From positions 2,208,001 through 2,272,000 of the forward strand of contig CBDCDS010000003.1 of the NCBI GenBank assembly GCA_965215365.1: 64,000 nucleotides of DNA. The letters run 5' to 3'. Below, piece after piece: positions 1-9,135 of the stretch. The stretch comes from Gammaproteobacteria bacterium (GTDB taxonomy: Bacteria; Pseudomonadota; Gammaproteobacteria; Eutrophobiales; Eutrophobiaceae). The notes under the pieces are model-generated. The model worked only from the letters and a program-made list of their open reading frames with translations. It did not search any database and was not told the DNA's origin. The stretch's first letter is position 1. The number at the start of each line of letters is the position of its first letter. The translations under genes were made by a program, and so were the position numbers.

Positions 1-275
1 ATATCCTGCAGCAGCGCCGGGGTGGAATTGTTACGGGTCTCACCCGCCGGCGCGGAACGGTTACAGCCGCGCTGGTCAAACAATACCACCCGGTATTTTT
101 TCGGATTGAAGTAACGCCGGTGGTTCTCATTGCACCCCGAACCGGGCCCGCCGTGCAGGAAGATAACCGGAATGCCACGCGGGTTGCCGGCTTCCTCGGC
201 ATAGACGGTATGCACTTCGTCCACTTGCAGGTGGTAGCGCTGCAACGCGTCGATTGAGGGATACAGTTCTCGCAT
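1..275 (-). CDS. pip: Proline iminopeptidase, N-terminal part (runs off the window edge)
   Basis: Manual translation MRELYPSID...EEAGNPRGIPVIFLHGGPGSGCNENHRRYFNPKKYRVVLFDQRGC has the HGGPG and DQRGC motifs. Confidence 0.92.
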   Translation of the reverse strand, partial: MRELYPSIDALQRYHLQVDEVHTVYAEEAGNPRGIPVIFLHGGPGSGCNENHRRYFNPKKYRVVLFDQRGCNRSAPAGETRNNSTPALLQD

Positions 276-337
276 GGAAGTCCGGTTTCGCAGGAAGGTT
301 TCGCAGGAGGCTGGGCAGGTATTGAGCCGGACCGAAC

Positions 338-1294
338 TTATATCTCGCCGAGAATCTGTTCCCGTTTCTGCTGGTATTCCTCGGCGCTGATCAGTTCCTT
401 GTCGCGTAACTCTTGTAGCGTCAGCAGCCTTTGTTCAGGTGTTTGGCCGGACGCCGCCGCGTTCGAAGATTGCATCTCTTTACGCATTCTGGCCATTTCC
501 AGACGCATTTCCCGCCGCTCGCGCGCCAGCCTGGCAGCCTCAGCCTGCATGGCCGTGCCAGTCCCGGTCTGTTGCGGCGCAGTCTGACTTGCTTTTTCCG
601 CCAGATACACCGTTGCGGCTTGCTCGATGTCTATTGCTATCCAGTCCCGGCGCGCTTTCTGCCCATCCATATATGGTTCAACGCCGGCCCGAGCGACGAT
701 GGAACCCTTAAAACCAACCGGTTTAGCGCGGCGACCATGTTTGAAATATTGCCTTGTTTCCATAACGCCATGACTCTTCTCAACCGTTTCCTTAAACCGG
801 TCGCCCTGATGGTTATAATCGCCGATGATGAGATGCAATTTGTCGTTCAGGTAGAACGCCCGTCCTCCCGTGTAACCCCTGTTCTGAATAACACGGTACT
901 TCCTTTCCGAACGCGCCAGCACAAAAACGATATCCTGGTCGGGTCTGGCTTTGGCCAAACCGGCGCTGAGGTACTGCCCAAGCAGGCGCGACTGTTGCAG
1001 GGAAAACAGCGAGTTGAGTTGTTTTTTCTTGAACAGGCCACCACCGCTCCAGGTCTCAAGCCCTTCAAGCGCGCCGGTAACCTGAGCGGTGCTCAACTGC
1101 ACCGGATGCTGGTTCGGCGGTGTCACATCCTGTTTCGACCGGTCCTGGTCCGTCAAGCGAATATACAGGTTGGCGCCGGACTTCCACAACACCTCGTCAT
1201 TAGCACCGAAGTTGGGCAGTAAATCGGCCTGACTAATGCCTGTGAGTAAGTATATGAATAAACACAGCAGGCTGGTTTTGGTGAAGCTTTTCAT
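338..1294 (-). CDS. Exported protein with a C-terminal SHOCT domain
   Basis: Signal peptide MKSFTKTSLLCLF...SQA; C-terminus PEQRLLTLQELRDKELISAEEYQQKREQILGEI is SHOCT-like. Confidence 0.75.
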   Translation of the reverse strand: MKSFTKTSLLCLFIYLLTGISQADLLPNFGANDEVLWKSGANLYIRLTDQDRSKQDVTPPNQHPVQLSTAQVTGALEGLETWSGGGLFKKKQLNSLFSLQQSRLLGQYLSAGLAKARPDQDIVFVLARSERKYRVIQNRGYTGGRAFYLNDKLHLIIGDYNHQGDRFKETVEKSHGVMETRQYFKHGRRAKPVGFKGSIVARAGVEPYMDGQKARRDWIAIDIEQAATVYLAEKASQTAPQQTGTGTAMQAEAARLARERREMRLEMARMRKEMQSSNAAASGQTPEQRLLTLQELRDKELISAEEYQQKREQILGEI

Positions 1295-1400
1295 TGAGAT
1301 TGCAGAGCAGTATGGATGCGGAGCATGATAGCACAGTTTTATGCTTACAGTGCTCCCTGATAGAATTTCCCAATATGAAATGAGCCTGAAGGACAGACGC

Positions 1401-1444
1401 TTGACGTAACCGAAAAAATAGACTAAGTTTACCAGACCAAGTTT
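1401..1444 (+). promoter_or_regulatory. Probable sigma70 promoter/operator of vapBC
   Basis: TTGACG-17 nt-TAAGTT with direct repeats GACTAAGTTT/GACCAAGTTT just before the ATG. Confidence 0.45.
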
Positions 1445-1456
1445 GATAGAGACAAT

Positions 1457-1702
1457 ATGCGCACTGTCAATATACACGAAGCCAAGACCCATCTTTCGCG
1501 TCTCATCCAGACCGCCGCCGATGGCGAACCGTTTATTATCGCCCGTGCCGGCAAGCCGATGGTCAAAGTCAGCGCAGTGACTGCTTCGGAGTCCGGGGCT
1601 ATACGTCGCACCGGGTTTCTGGCAGGCAGGATATCAGTCCCTCCTGATTTTGATCGTATGGGATTGCTCGAGATTGAGGCGCTGTTTGAAGACAACGCGT
1701 GA
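1457..1702 (+). CDS. Phd/YefM-family antitoxin
   Basis: MRTVNIHEAKTHLSRLI...GEPFIIARAGKPMVKV signature. Confidence 0.93.
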   Translation: MRTVNIHEAKTHLSRLIQTAADGEPFIIARAGKPMVKVSAVTASESGAIRRTGFLAGRISVPPDFDRMGLLEIEALFEDNA

Positions 1703-2085
1703 GTGTTCTTCTTGATACTCATATCCTGCTTTGGGCTGCGGGAGCGCCAGAGCGGTTGCCGCCCGATACCCGCCTGCTGATTGAAAATCCGTCCACGGAA
1801 CTGATCTTCAGCGCCGCGTCGCTTTGGGAGATCACCATCAAAAACAGTTTGGCGCGCGCTGACTTCAACGTTGATGCACGCCTGCTGCGGCGAAAATTAT
1901 TGGAGAATGACTACACAGAGTTGGCCGTAACCAGTGCCCATGCAGTGGCAGTGGACTTGCTACCACCGATTCATAAAGATCCCTTCGATCGCATTCTGAT
2001 CGCTCAGGCTCAGGCTGAAATGGTGACACTGTTGACGGCGGATGAAATTATGGGGCGCTACCCGGGCCCTGTCCGGTTGATCTGA
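1699..2085 (+). CDS. vapC: VapC-like PIN-domain toxin
   Basis: LLDTHILLW...SAASLWEI...HKDPFDRILIAQA; overlaps the antitoxin stop. Confidence 0.93.
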   Translation: MSVLLDTHILLWAAGAPERLPPDTRLLIENPSTELIFSAASLWEITIKNSLARADFNVDARLLRRKLLENDYTELAVTSAHAVAVDLLPPIHKDPFDRILIAQAQAEMVTLLTADEIMGRYPGPVRLI

Positions 2086-2092
2086 CTACCAA

Positions 2093-2311
2093 TCACCTTG
2101 TAAAAACCAGATAGTTGGCAAACTCATCAAATTCCGAAACTTTCACCCTGAACGGAAGGAAAAGAAGTACTAATCCGATGCGAGGTTGTGAGTAATTGCC
2201 CCTGTGCGCCATTCGTTCGCGCAGCTCTGTTCCCATTGCGTTGAGTTTCGGCATGATCAACCCGGCTAAAACCAGGCCTGTGCCGATTATGCTGTAAAAT
2301 TCAGGGCTCAT
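2093..2311 (-). pseudogene. Small membrane-anchored coiled-coil protein, probably truncated
   Basis: RBS GGGAGACAGG; N-terminal TM (IIGTGLVLAGLIM) then ELRERMAH, similar to the 33137 protein (VRERLAAL); the rest looks non-coding. Confidence 0.4.
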
Positions 2312-2369
2312 TTTCCTGTCTCCCTATTTCTGCCTGACGCTTCAGTTAAAATTGTCAGGCCTGATCAAT

Positions 2370-2410
2370 AAAAACAAGGGGCAATACACAGATGTTGCCC
2401 CTTGTTCGTT
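2370..2410 (-). terminator. Rho-independent terminator of the porin gene
   Basis: AACAAGGGGCAA...TTGCCCCTTGTT stem followed by a T-run on the minus strand. Confidence 0.7.
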
Positions 2411-2454
2411 ACAATTTACAGACGTCGCTCCACTCGAGTCCTTAGCTCAGAGAG

Positions 2455-3687
2455 TTACCAGAGCAGGAAGCCACCGATGGAGAAGGTGTCAACATCTTTC
2501 TGGTTCAGTATGGTGTGATCATAGTTGCCATACTCAGCGATGACCTTCAGCCAGGAATTAACGTCATGGTAAACACCAACGGTCCAAAGTGAACCCTCAT
2601 GGGGGTTAATGCCATACGTCATGTTGGCATCCTGCCTGGACTCACCGTAGCCGCCACCAATCTTGGTTGCGCCATTGAAGGTATAGCTGGCCTGCACATA
2701 GAAGCCATCGTTATCAGCCTCGGTACAGCCCATAGCATGGCAGTTAAAGCCGAACCCGCCACCACTATTGTGCAGAATAACGCCTAATGCTTCACCATCA
2801 TAATATTGACCGGTAATGCCAAACCCCTGGGCAGAAACCTCGGCACCGATATTCCAGCCTACAGTCTCTATATCTCCCTCGCCGCCTGCTGGAGAACCGG
2901 TAATTTCCTGCTCCTGCCAGATAAACCCGGCCCAGCCGCTGAAATTACCGCCTTCAAATGCGGAGTTGAAAGTGGCCTCCGCCTGGAATTGAGGCGTATC
3001 CGTCTCGGAAAACCAACCAGCCGCAGTACCAAGCAGTCCACCCGGCTCCTGCGGATCAAAAATACCCACAGACAACTGGAAGCCATTCATATCCGGAGTC
3101 TGGTAAACAATACGGGTGCGGAAATCAGGATAGACATAGCCGTAACCGATACGACCCAGGCCGGTACCGCTGCCATCCGGCCCCGCCAAAGCACCCATGC
3201 CAAACAGAGTGATATCCTTTAGGATAGACTGGCGCCCGAACAGTGCCAAGGTGCGACCCACGCTGATGGTGCCAAAATCACCGGCTACATTGAAGAAAAC
3301 TTCGCGCATATCAATATTCGAGTCAGTGCCAAACGTCCCGTTTTTATTCAGCCTGCCTCTTTTGTTGTTGGAAGAGTCCACCGCAAAAGTAATCTGGCCG
3401 GTGCCGGTCAGACCGTTGACTTCAGGAGACTTGACTGTCATGGTGTGAAAAGCTGGCAATAGACCCTCGTTCAGATGGGCACTGTCTTCGCTTGTGTTAC
3501 CGGCAGCGTCGGGGGCAATCCACTCAAAATCACTCTGCGTATAAAACAGGTTGATAAAGCCGCCGTAGCTGACTTCCCAACCGTCGGCGCCGCCCAGAAC
3601 TACTGCTGCATTGGTGGGCAGGCTGAGAACGCCAGCCAGCGCCAATGTGCTCAGAGCAGTTACGAGCTTGGTTGTGTGTCGTTTCAT
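2455..3687 (-). CDS. Gram-negative porin
   Basis: Signal peptide, amphipathic beta-strands, GDFGTISVGRTL motif, C-terminal aromatic residue (W); RBS GAGGAG. Confidence 0.88.
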   Translation of the reverse strand: MKRHTTKLVTALSTLALAGVLSLPTNAAVVLGGADGWEVSYGGFINLFYTQSDFEWIAPDAAGNTSEDSAHLNEGLLPAFHTMTVKSPEVNGLTGTGQITFAVDSSNNKRGRLNKNGTFGTDSNIDMREVFFNVAGDFGTISVGRTLALFGRQSILKDITLFGMGALAGPDGSGTGLGRIGYGYVYPDFRTRIVYQTPDMNGFQLSVGIFDPQEPGGLLGTAAGWFSETDTPQFQAEATFNSAFEGGNFSGWAGFIWQEQEITGSPAGGEGDIETVGWNIGAEVSAQGFGITGQYYDGEALGVILHNSGGGFGFNCHAMGCTEADNDGFYVQASYTFNGATKIGGGYGESRQDANMTYGINPHEGSLWTVGVYHDVNSWLKVIAEYGNYDHTILNQKDVDTFSIGGFLLW

Positions 3688-4105
3688 CAAATCTCCTCCT
3701 CTGGGAAAAGTAGTGAGTGAAAGGTGTTATCCGAATTTTTCGCGTCTCTGGTCCGGGTGTTATCTAAATCCGGAGGGTATAGCATAGTTGAACAAATTGC
3801 AACATGTTTAAGACACTTTTACAACGCTTTTTTCAATTTTTGGGCTTTTTCAGGTTTTATTGTTTCTTTAATGCAACAAGCGCCAACAAAGACGGGCTAT
3901 TGCTCTACCACGGCCTCCTCGGTTCGCCTGCTCAGCAAACCGTGAATAAAGGCCACTTCTTTTTCCACGGTTGCCAGCCTTCGCTCCAGGATTACCTGTC
4001 CCTTCTCCAGAGTTATGTGTATGTGTTCCTTAGCTCAGATCCGTCCCGGACAATATACACAAATCGGGATCAGGTTGCCACTTTTTTCGACTCACTTTCT
4101 TCGAC

Positions 4106-4384
4106 TCACCCTCCGCCCCGTTGATACGCCAGATCAAAGCGTTTCAGGAAAGCTTCCTGCTCAGATGGGTTGCAGTCGTGGAATTCCATGGTGACGGTTG
4201 TTACGGGAAATTCCAGCAGGCCGAGTTGTCTGGTGGTTTCCGGGGCCAGGGTGATTGTTACCCGACCGGCTGTTGTTTTGATAGTGAGGCGGTTGTCGCG
4301 CCGGCTAACGGACGCTCCCTGAACTGCAAGTGGCAACAGGCGCAAGAATTCCTTGTGAGTGATGCTCATTTCCCGGGTTAACAT
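4106..4384 (-). CDS. Conserved hypothetical protein
   Basis: Clean 92-aa ORF REMSITHKEFLRLLP...FLKRFDLAYQRGGG. Confidence 0.7.
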   Translation of the reverse strand: MLTREMSITHKEFLRLLPLAVQGASVSRRDNRLTIKTTAGRVTITLAPETTRQLGLLEFPVTTVTMEFHDCNPSEQEAFLKRFDLAYQRGGG

Positions 4385-4583
4385 TTTATTCGCGCCCCCC
4401 GATCAAGGAGATAAAGCGGGGAGCTTTACAATCCAGCGAGAACGCATCTTTCAGCGGTTAGCGACAAACTCATCAACGGTGAGGCCGGCAGCTCTGAGCA
4501 GACTCCTCAAAGTTCCTTTGGCAACTTCCTTGTGATCCGGCACAGACAGTGTTGCCATCTCTCCTTCCTTCGTCAAAACGTAA

Positions 4584-6101
4584 CTACTCGCCCCCCTTAC
4601 CCTGATCTTTTGTTCTGATCTGGTTTTTCTTAACCGTTTTATTTTTGAGCGGTTTTTCCACCATGGTGGCGGCGTCTCCCTTGAGTGCTATCTCGATGGC
4701 GGCGAGGGGATTGTAGCCCTTCAGGGTCATAGACTGCAAGTAGCTGGAGATGCGGCAGTAGGTGTCGGCGTAGGCGGTGGTTCGGAAGCAGCCGGAGACT
4801 TTTTGTTTGACTTTAGCCATACGGATATCGCGTTCGGCGCGGTTGTTGGTGAACGGCACGTTGGGGTCGCGGGCGAAGCGGAGGACTTCGGTTTCGTACT
4901 TGACGAGGGCATCATGGAGGTTTTGTGCCTCACATTGGGCAATCCGTCCGCGTTGGCCGGTGAGCCGTTTCGGGGGTGTGGGGAGTTCCCGTTTGGCTTG
5001 TGTCAGGATAGTCCGGTAGCGGGTGCGCAGGGACTGGTAGTCGGTCTCGCTGAGTGCCTTGTTTTTATGTGTGCGCACCTGTCGGCAGGTCTTGAGCAGG
5101 AGGCGGCTCATACGTTGGGCCCAGGCATGGCCGTGGGCGTCCTCGATAAAGGCCAAGTTACGCAACAGGTGACTGCCGCACAGGGCATGCTCGCAGTTGT
5201 CATAGGCGAAGTAGCTGGCCCAGCGGTCGTGCACGAGAACACCGCCGTAGCGGGGGACGATGCCGATGTCCTTGAGGGCGTCCCCGCCCCGCTTGCGGTG
5301 GCAGTGTTTCAGTACCAGGTTCCCGGCACTGGTGCTGTGCAGCCAGTGTTGTGTGCGGTCGATGCGCAAGGAGGTCTCATCGGCGTGCAGCACGGGCTCT
5401 GTGAGCAGGCGGGCGATAGCCGCCCGCTCCCACCCGGCCAGGGCCTCATGCACCCGCGTGAGCCAGGCCAGTAAGGTCGCCTCGGCGACGGCGCGCCCGG
5501 TCAGTGCATGAAGTGTCTGCGCCGTACGTTTGAGCGAGAGCATTTGGGCCGTTAACAGGTGCGTGGCGAAAGCCACGATGCCAGGGCCGTATTGTAAAGG
5601 CCCCGGCATGTCATCGGGAAACGCCCCGTGGGTCTCAGTGCCACAGCGCGGACAGGTTTTTATCTCGGCGTCAATGGTCAACTCGGTCGTCTCGAAGACT
5701 ATATCGACCTTGACTCGTCGCACATGGCCGGTGGGGGCGGTGCCTTTGAGATCATGCCCGCAGGCCCGGCAGCCGGTCACGGGCACCGTGCGGGTCTGAG
5801 CCACCACGCGCCGGGACGCGCTGGGCACCGTCCCGGTCTGCGGCCCCTTGCCCTGCTTGCCGGGCCGTGTGCGCGCACTGTCATCGGGGTCGGTGCGGGA
5901 ACTGGGCAGGCTGGAGTTGTGCGCCCCCTTCGGTGTGGTCTTCTCTAAGAACACCGCCAGCAGCAACTCGAATAGCAGCAACATCGACTCGAACAGCGCA
6001 CGCCCTTCGGGACTCAGCGCGCCGTCGGCGCACAACGCCTTAAAACGCATTCGGATGGCCTCGAACTCCGCACGCAATGAGGCCTTGTTCACCGTGGCCA
6101 T
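4584..6101 (-). CDS. IS66-family DDE transposase
   Basis: NSSLPSS, zinc finger CRACG/CPRCG, LHADETS, VHDRWASY, LCGSHLLR, FTNNRAERDIRMAKVKQKVSGCFRT. Confidence 0.95.
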   Translation of the reverse strand: MATVNKASLRAEFEAIRMRFKALCADGALSPEGRALFESMLLLFELLLAVFLEKTTPKGAHNSSLPSSRTDPDDSARTRPGKQGKGPQTGTVPSASRRVVAQTRTVPVTGCRACGHDLKGTAPTGHVRRVKVDIVFETTELTIDAEIKTCPRCGTETHGAFPDDMPGPLQYGPGIVAFATHLLTAQMLSLKRTAQTLHALTGRAVAEATLLAWLTRVHEALAGWERAAIARLLTEPVLHADETSLRIDRTQHWLHSTSAGNLVLKHCHRKRGGDALKDIGIVPRYGGVLVHDRWASYFAYDNCEHALCGSHLLRNLAFIEDAHGHAWAQRMSRLLLKTCRQVRTHKNKALSETDYQSLRTRYRTILTQAKRELPTPPKRLTGQRGRIAQCEAQNLHDALVKYETEVLRFARDPNVPFTNNRAERDIRMAKVKQKVSGCFRTTAYADTYCRISSYLQSMTLKGYNPLAAIEIALKGDAATMVEKPLKNKTVKKNQIRTKDQGKGGE

Positions 6102-6769
6102 GTGCACTGTGCCTCCACCGCCATCATCGCCGCCAGCACCGCCAGCCGCTCGGCCGGGGGCAAGTCACGATAACGCCGCCCCCAGTTCTCAGCCTTGCGC
6201 TTGACCTGCTGGCGGTGCGTGAAGTTGCGCCCCGCATAGCGCACCCAGTGCACCCGGTCCGGCACAAAATTGAACCAGACCCGCTCGGTCACCACCCCGC
6301 CCTGATTCATCACCTGCAAGGACACACTGCGCCAGCCCGCCAGCACCTCATCATACAAGGCCGAAGGATACCCCGACACCATCACCGCACAGGGCAGCCC
6401 CTGCAGTAACGCCAGCAGCGCCTCATGGTCTGAGTCCTCGTAGTCATACCGGTAACGGTGCCGTGACTTGCGCGTGCTGTGCAGGTAGGGCGGGTCGCTG
6501 TACACCAACTCCGTGCCGTCAAACGGAAAAGTCGCCAACCAGCGGTGACAACACCCCTGCACCAACTCCACCGGATACCTACACGTAAACCCCGCCAACG
6601 CCCGCACATCAAGATCAATCCCAATGTTGCGCAACGCCGCCGGCTTGCGCTGCATAATCGCCCCGCCGCCTAAGTGTGTCTCAATGTACACACTGTGCGG
6701 CGGCATCATCGCAATGAGCGGCTGGCACAGACCCGTCGTGGCTTTCGACCCTCGGTACGCATTCCCCAT
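6089..6769 (-). CDS. Dam-like (D12 class) N6-adenine DNA methyltransferase
   Basis: YRGSK, SAM-binding YIETHLGGGA and catalytic DPPY motifs; 3' end overlaps the transposase start. Confidence 0.88.
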   Translation of the reverse strand: MGNAYRGSKATTGLCQPLIAMMPPHSVYIETHLGGGAIMQRKPAALRNIGIDLDVRALAGFTCRYPVELVQGCCHRWLATFPFDGTELVYSDPPYLHSTRKSRHRYRYDYEDSDHEALLALLQGLPCAVMVSGYPSALYDEVLAGWRSVSLQVMNQGGVVTERVWFNFVPDRVHWVRYAGRNFTHRQQVKRKAENWGRRYRDLPPAERLAVLAAMMAVEAQCTWPR

Positions 6770-6776
6770 GACGACC

Positions 6777-6819
6777 AACATAACGCCATGACGCTATGTT
6801 GTCAAGGACGCCTTGACAA
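6777..6819 (-). promoter_or_regulatory. Sigma70 promoter inside the IS end with a palindrome over the -35
   Basis: Minus strand TTGACA (6805-6800)-17 nt-TATGTT (6782-6777), ATG 7 nt downstream; palindrome TTGTCAAGG-ACG-CCTTGACAA at 6799-6819. Confidence 0.6.
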
Positions 6820-6959
6820 AAAATTCAGTAGAATTAGAGGGAGGGGGCGAGTAGTTACGTCAAAACAATGTGGCTGCTTCTGCGCCGCGCCACACTCCAA
6901 CCCAGTCTCTTGAAAACTCGTACAACCTCTTGCCCGCTTAAAGCAGGCAACACCGGCAT

Positions 6960-7204
6960 TAACCCGCAGATCTCACCAAGTCGCTTGTTGCCTTATAAAA
7001 CATAATTGCTCTCAATAAGTTATGGTAGTACTGCTGCTCTTTCCACCTGACACACTGCGCTTGATGCGCCCTCGCTGGTCTTGGTTCTGCCTGCGGGCAC
7101 ATGCTTCCTCAACCATAGCTACCGCTATGGTTTCGGTCGCAGGCACCCGCAGGCAGAACCAATCCGGCGCGATCTTCGCATCACTTGGTGAGATATGCGG
7201 GTTA
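6960..7204. mobile_element. Non-autonomous MITE inserted at the hicB/hicA junction
   Basis: TIRs ACCCGCA(G/T)ATCTCACCAAGT with flanking TA duplication; removal restores the TAATG stop/start overlap; long internal hairpin TTGGTTCTGCCTGCGGG...CCCGCAGGCAGAACCAA. Confidence 0.85.
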
Positions 7205-7408
7205 AGCGGCAACCTCAATTTGTCTGGTTTCAATAGTCAGTGGCAGCCCCTGTTCGGCTCGCACTTCAAGACAAAGAGAAATTGCCTGTTTGATATTTTC
7301 CATGGCCTGTTCTCTGGTTACGCCCTGACTGACACAACCTGGTATGGCAGGACATTCAACCACCCATACGCCGTCCTCATCACGGTCAACAGTTATATTG
7401 AATTTCAT
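7202..7408 (-). CDS. hicB: HicB-family antitoxin
   Basis: MKFNITVDRDEDGVWVVECPAIPGCVSQGVTREQAMENIKQAI. Confidence 0.92.
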   Translation of the reverse strand: MKFNITVDRDEDGVWVVECPAIPGCVSQGVTREQAMENIKQAISLCLEVRAEQGLPLTIETRQIEVAA

Positions 7409-7461
7409 AAATCCGACACCCTCCAGTTGCTTCTTGCCACTTTCGAAGATGTTACCATAAC

Positions 7462-7713
7462 TTACCCCCCCGCTACCGGCGGCCATATTGCTAGGGTGTC
7501 GCCGTCGCTGAATATGGGTTTGTTGCGGTCTTCCGGTTTGATATAGATGCCATTGAGTAATACCAGATGCGCCATTTCCCTGGGGACATTGTAGTGATCA
7601 ATGATTTCGTAGGCGGTGTTGTGTTCGGATATTTCTATGACGAGTTTGTTATCTACGGCGTCCGGCGGAAGATAATCCGTTAAGCCAGCGTAGAGTTTGA
7701 AGGTAAGTTTCAT
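7462..7713 (-). CDS. MoaD/ThiS-family sulfur carrier
   Basis: Ubiquitin-like size; C-terminal PPVAGG. Confidence 0.9.
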   Translation of the reverse strand: MKLTFKLYAGLTDYLPPDAVDNKLVIEISEHNTAYEIIDHYNVPREMAHLVLLNGIYIKPEDRNKPIFSDGDTLAIWPPVAGG

Positions 7714-7836
7714 GATCCGGTGTCGCTGTGCGGCAGGTTATTCGACTGGATTGCCCCATGTGCGAGTAATAACGAACAGGCGGGTATTTGCAATTACCAC
7801 AACGCTTCCCGCAGCGTCAGGGGTTGGTCGGTTCGC

Positions 7837-9102
7837 TCAAAGCAGCGCGGCGTTATGGCCGATGGACTGAGTGGCTCCTAGGTAGGCCTCCATGATCCGG
7901 GTCGGGTCGCGCCGCAGGTGCTCTTTCCATTTGCCCAGCTTCAGTCTGGTCTGGATCAGGCCGCGCAGAACGCCTACGTGGTGGGTCAGACCCAACGCCT
8001 GGGCGCCGATCAGGACATCGTCCTGGAATTGCAGGCGGAGATAGCGGTATCTTTCCTCGTCCACCAGTGCTGCGGAGTCACCGCCTTCGACACCCATCCA
8101 CAAGCCGTAGGAAGTGGAAATCAGGCCCATGGTATCGAGCACATTCATGCTCACGCTGCCCTGGTGGCGAGTATCCCGACCACACATGTTCATGGCGGCA
8201 ACCCTGCCATGGTCGGCGGCGGTAGGCTGGATGGCATGCACACTGAACTCCCCGGTGGAGAAATCCCGGCCCTGGCACACATCGCCGGCGGCATAGACAT
8301 CCGCGTGGCTACTCTGCAAGCGGTCATTAACCAGCACGCCGAAGTCGGTGTCAATGCCACTGCCCGCCAGAAAGTCGATATTGGCGCGCACGCCGGTGGC
8401 GGAAATAACCAGGTCCGCAGCCAGACGGTCGCCGTTGTCCAGCCTTGCTGTCAGCCGGCTGCCGCCGTGCTGTTCGATAGCCTCTACCCGGGTCGAGGTG
8501 AGCACCTTGACACCCTTAGCCAGGCACCACTGCTTGATCAGGTTGCCGGCAGTCTGATCCATCATGCGCGGCACCATGCGGTCTCCCATTTCGATCACGG
8601 TCAGGTTGACCCCGCGCGCGGCCAGCGCTTCCAGAATAATACAGCCGATAAAGCCGGCACCCATGAGAATGACGTCGGCGCCTTGGGTGGCATTTTGTGC
8701 AATGTTACGACCGTCTTCCAGGGTCCAGCAGGAATGCACACCGGGCGCATCCAGGCCCGGGATCGGTGGCCTGATGGGGTGCGAACCGGTGGCGATCAGC
8801 AACTTGTCGAAGTTGACCGTAGCGCCACTATCCAACTGCAGAGTATGGGCGCCCGGGTCCGCTGACGCAGCCCGGCCCTGGAGCACCTCAATGCCCTGGT
8901 CGGCATAATGGGAATCCGACTTGCGCAGATAGGTGCCGGTCTCATCAATATCGTCAATGAGGTAGTACGGCAACGCCATGCGCGAGTACGGCGGTTCCGC
9001 TTCGTCGCCGAGCAGCTTGATCGAGCAGGCGGGGTCGGTTTTCCTGAGCGTTTCCGCAGCGATGACCCCGGCGGGGCCGGCACCGATGATGACATGTTGC
9101 AT
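7837..9102 (-). CDS. FAD-dependent NAD(P) oxidoreductase (AorC-like subunit)
   Basis: GAGPAG, ATGS, GAGFIG and YAAGD motifs; in the AOR operon. Confidence 0.88.
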   Translation of the reverse strand: MQHVIIGAGPAGVIAAETLRKTDPACSIKLLGDEAEPPYSRMALPYYLIDDIDETGTYLRKSDSHYADQGIEVLQGRAASADPGAHTLQLDSGATVNFDKLLIATGSHPIRPPIPGLDAPGVHSCWTLEDGRNIAQNATQGADVILMGAGFIGCIILEALAARGVNLTVIEMGDRMVPRMMDQTAGNLIKQWCLAKGVKVLTSTRVEAIEQHGGSRLTARLDNGDRLAADLVISATGVRANIDFLAGSGIDTDFGVLVNDRLQSSHADVYAAGDVCQGRDFSTGEFSVHAIQPTAADHGRVAAMNMCGRDTRHQGSVSMNVLDTMGLISTSYGLWMGVEGGDSAALVDEERYRYLRLQFQDDVLIGAQALGLTHHVGVLRGLIQTRLKLGKWKEHLRRDPTRIMEAYLGATQSIGHNAALL

Positions 9103-9135
9103 GTTGTCAGCCTCTGGTAGGGTATGACTTTGCCA

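Larger units (their letters stand above)
4580..6858 (-). mobile_element. IS66-family (single-transposase, ISBst12-like) element with a DNA methyltransferase passenger
   Basis: Terminal inverted repeats GTAACTACTCGCCCCC at 4580 and ending at 6858; 8-bp TSD GTCAAAAC at 4572-4579 and 6859-6866. Confidence 0.93.
4451..6959 (-). pseudogene. hicA: HicA-family toxin interrupted by the IS66 element
   Basis: 5' part 6859-6959 MPVLPALSGQEVVRVFKRLGWSVARRRSSHIVLT and 3' part 4451-4579 (VLT)KEGEMATLSVPDHKEVAKGTLRSLLRAAGLTVDEFVANR rejoin in frame once the IS and one TSD are removed. Confidence 0.92.

Noticed and set aside
3871-3886. Sigma54 promoter upstream of the porin (TGGC...TTGC)
   Set aside because: Spacing is 2 nt short of the strict -24/-12 requirement.
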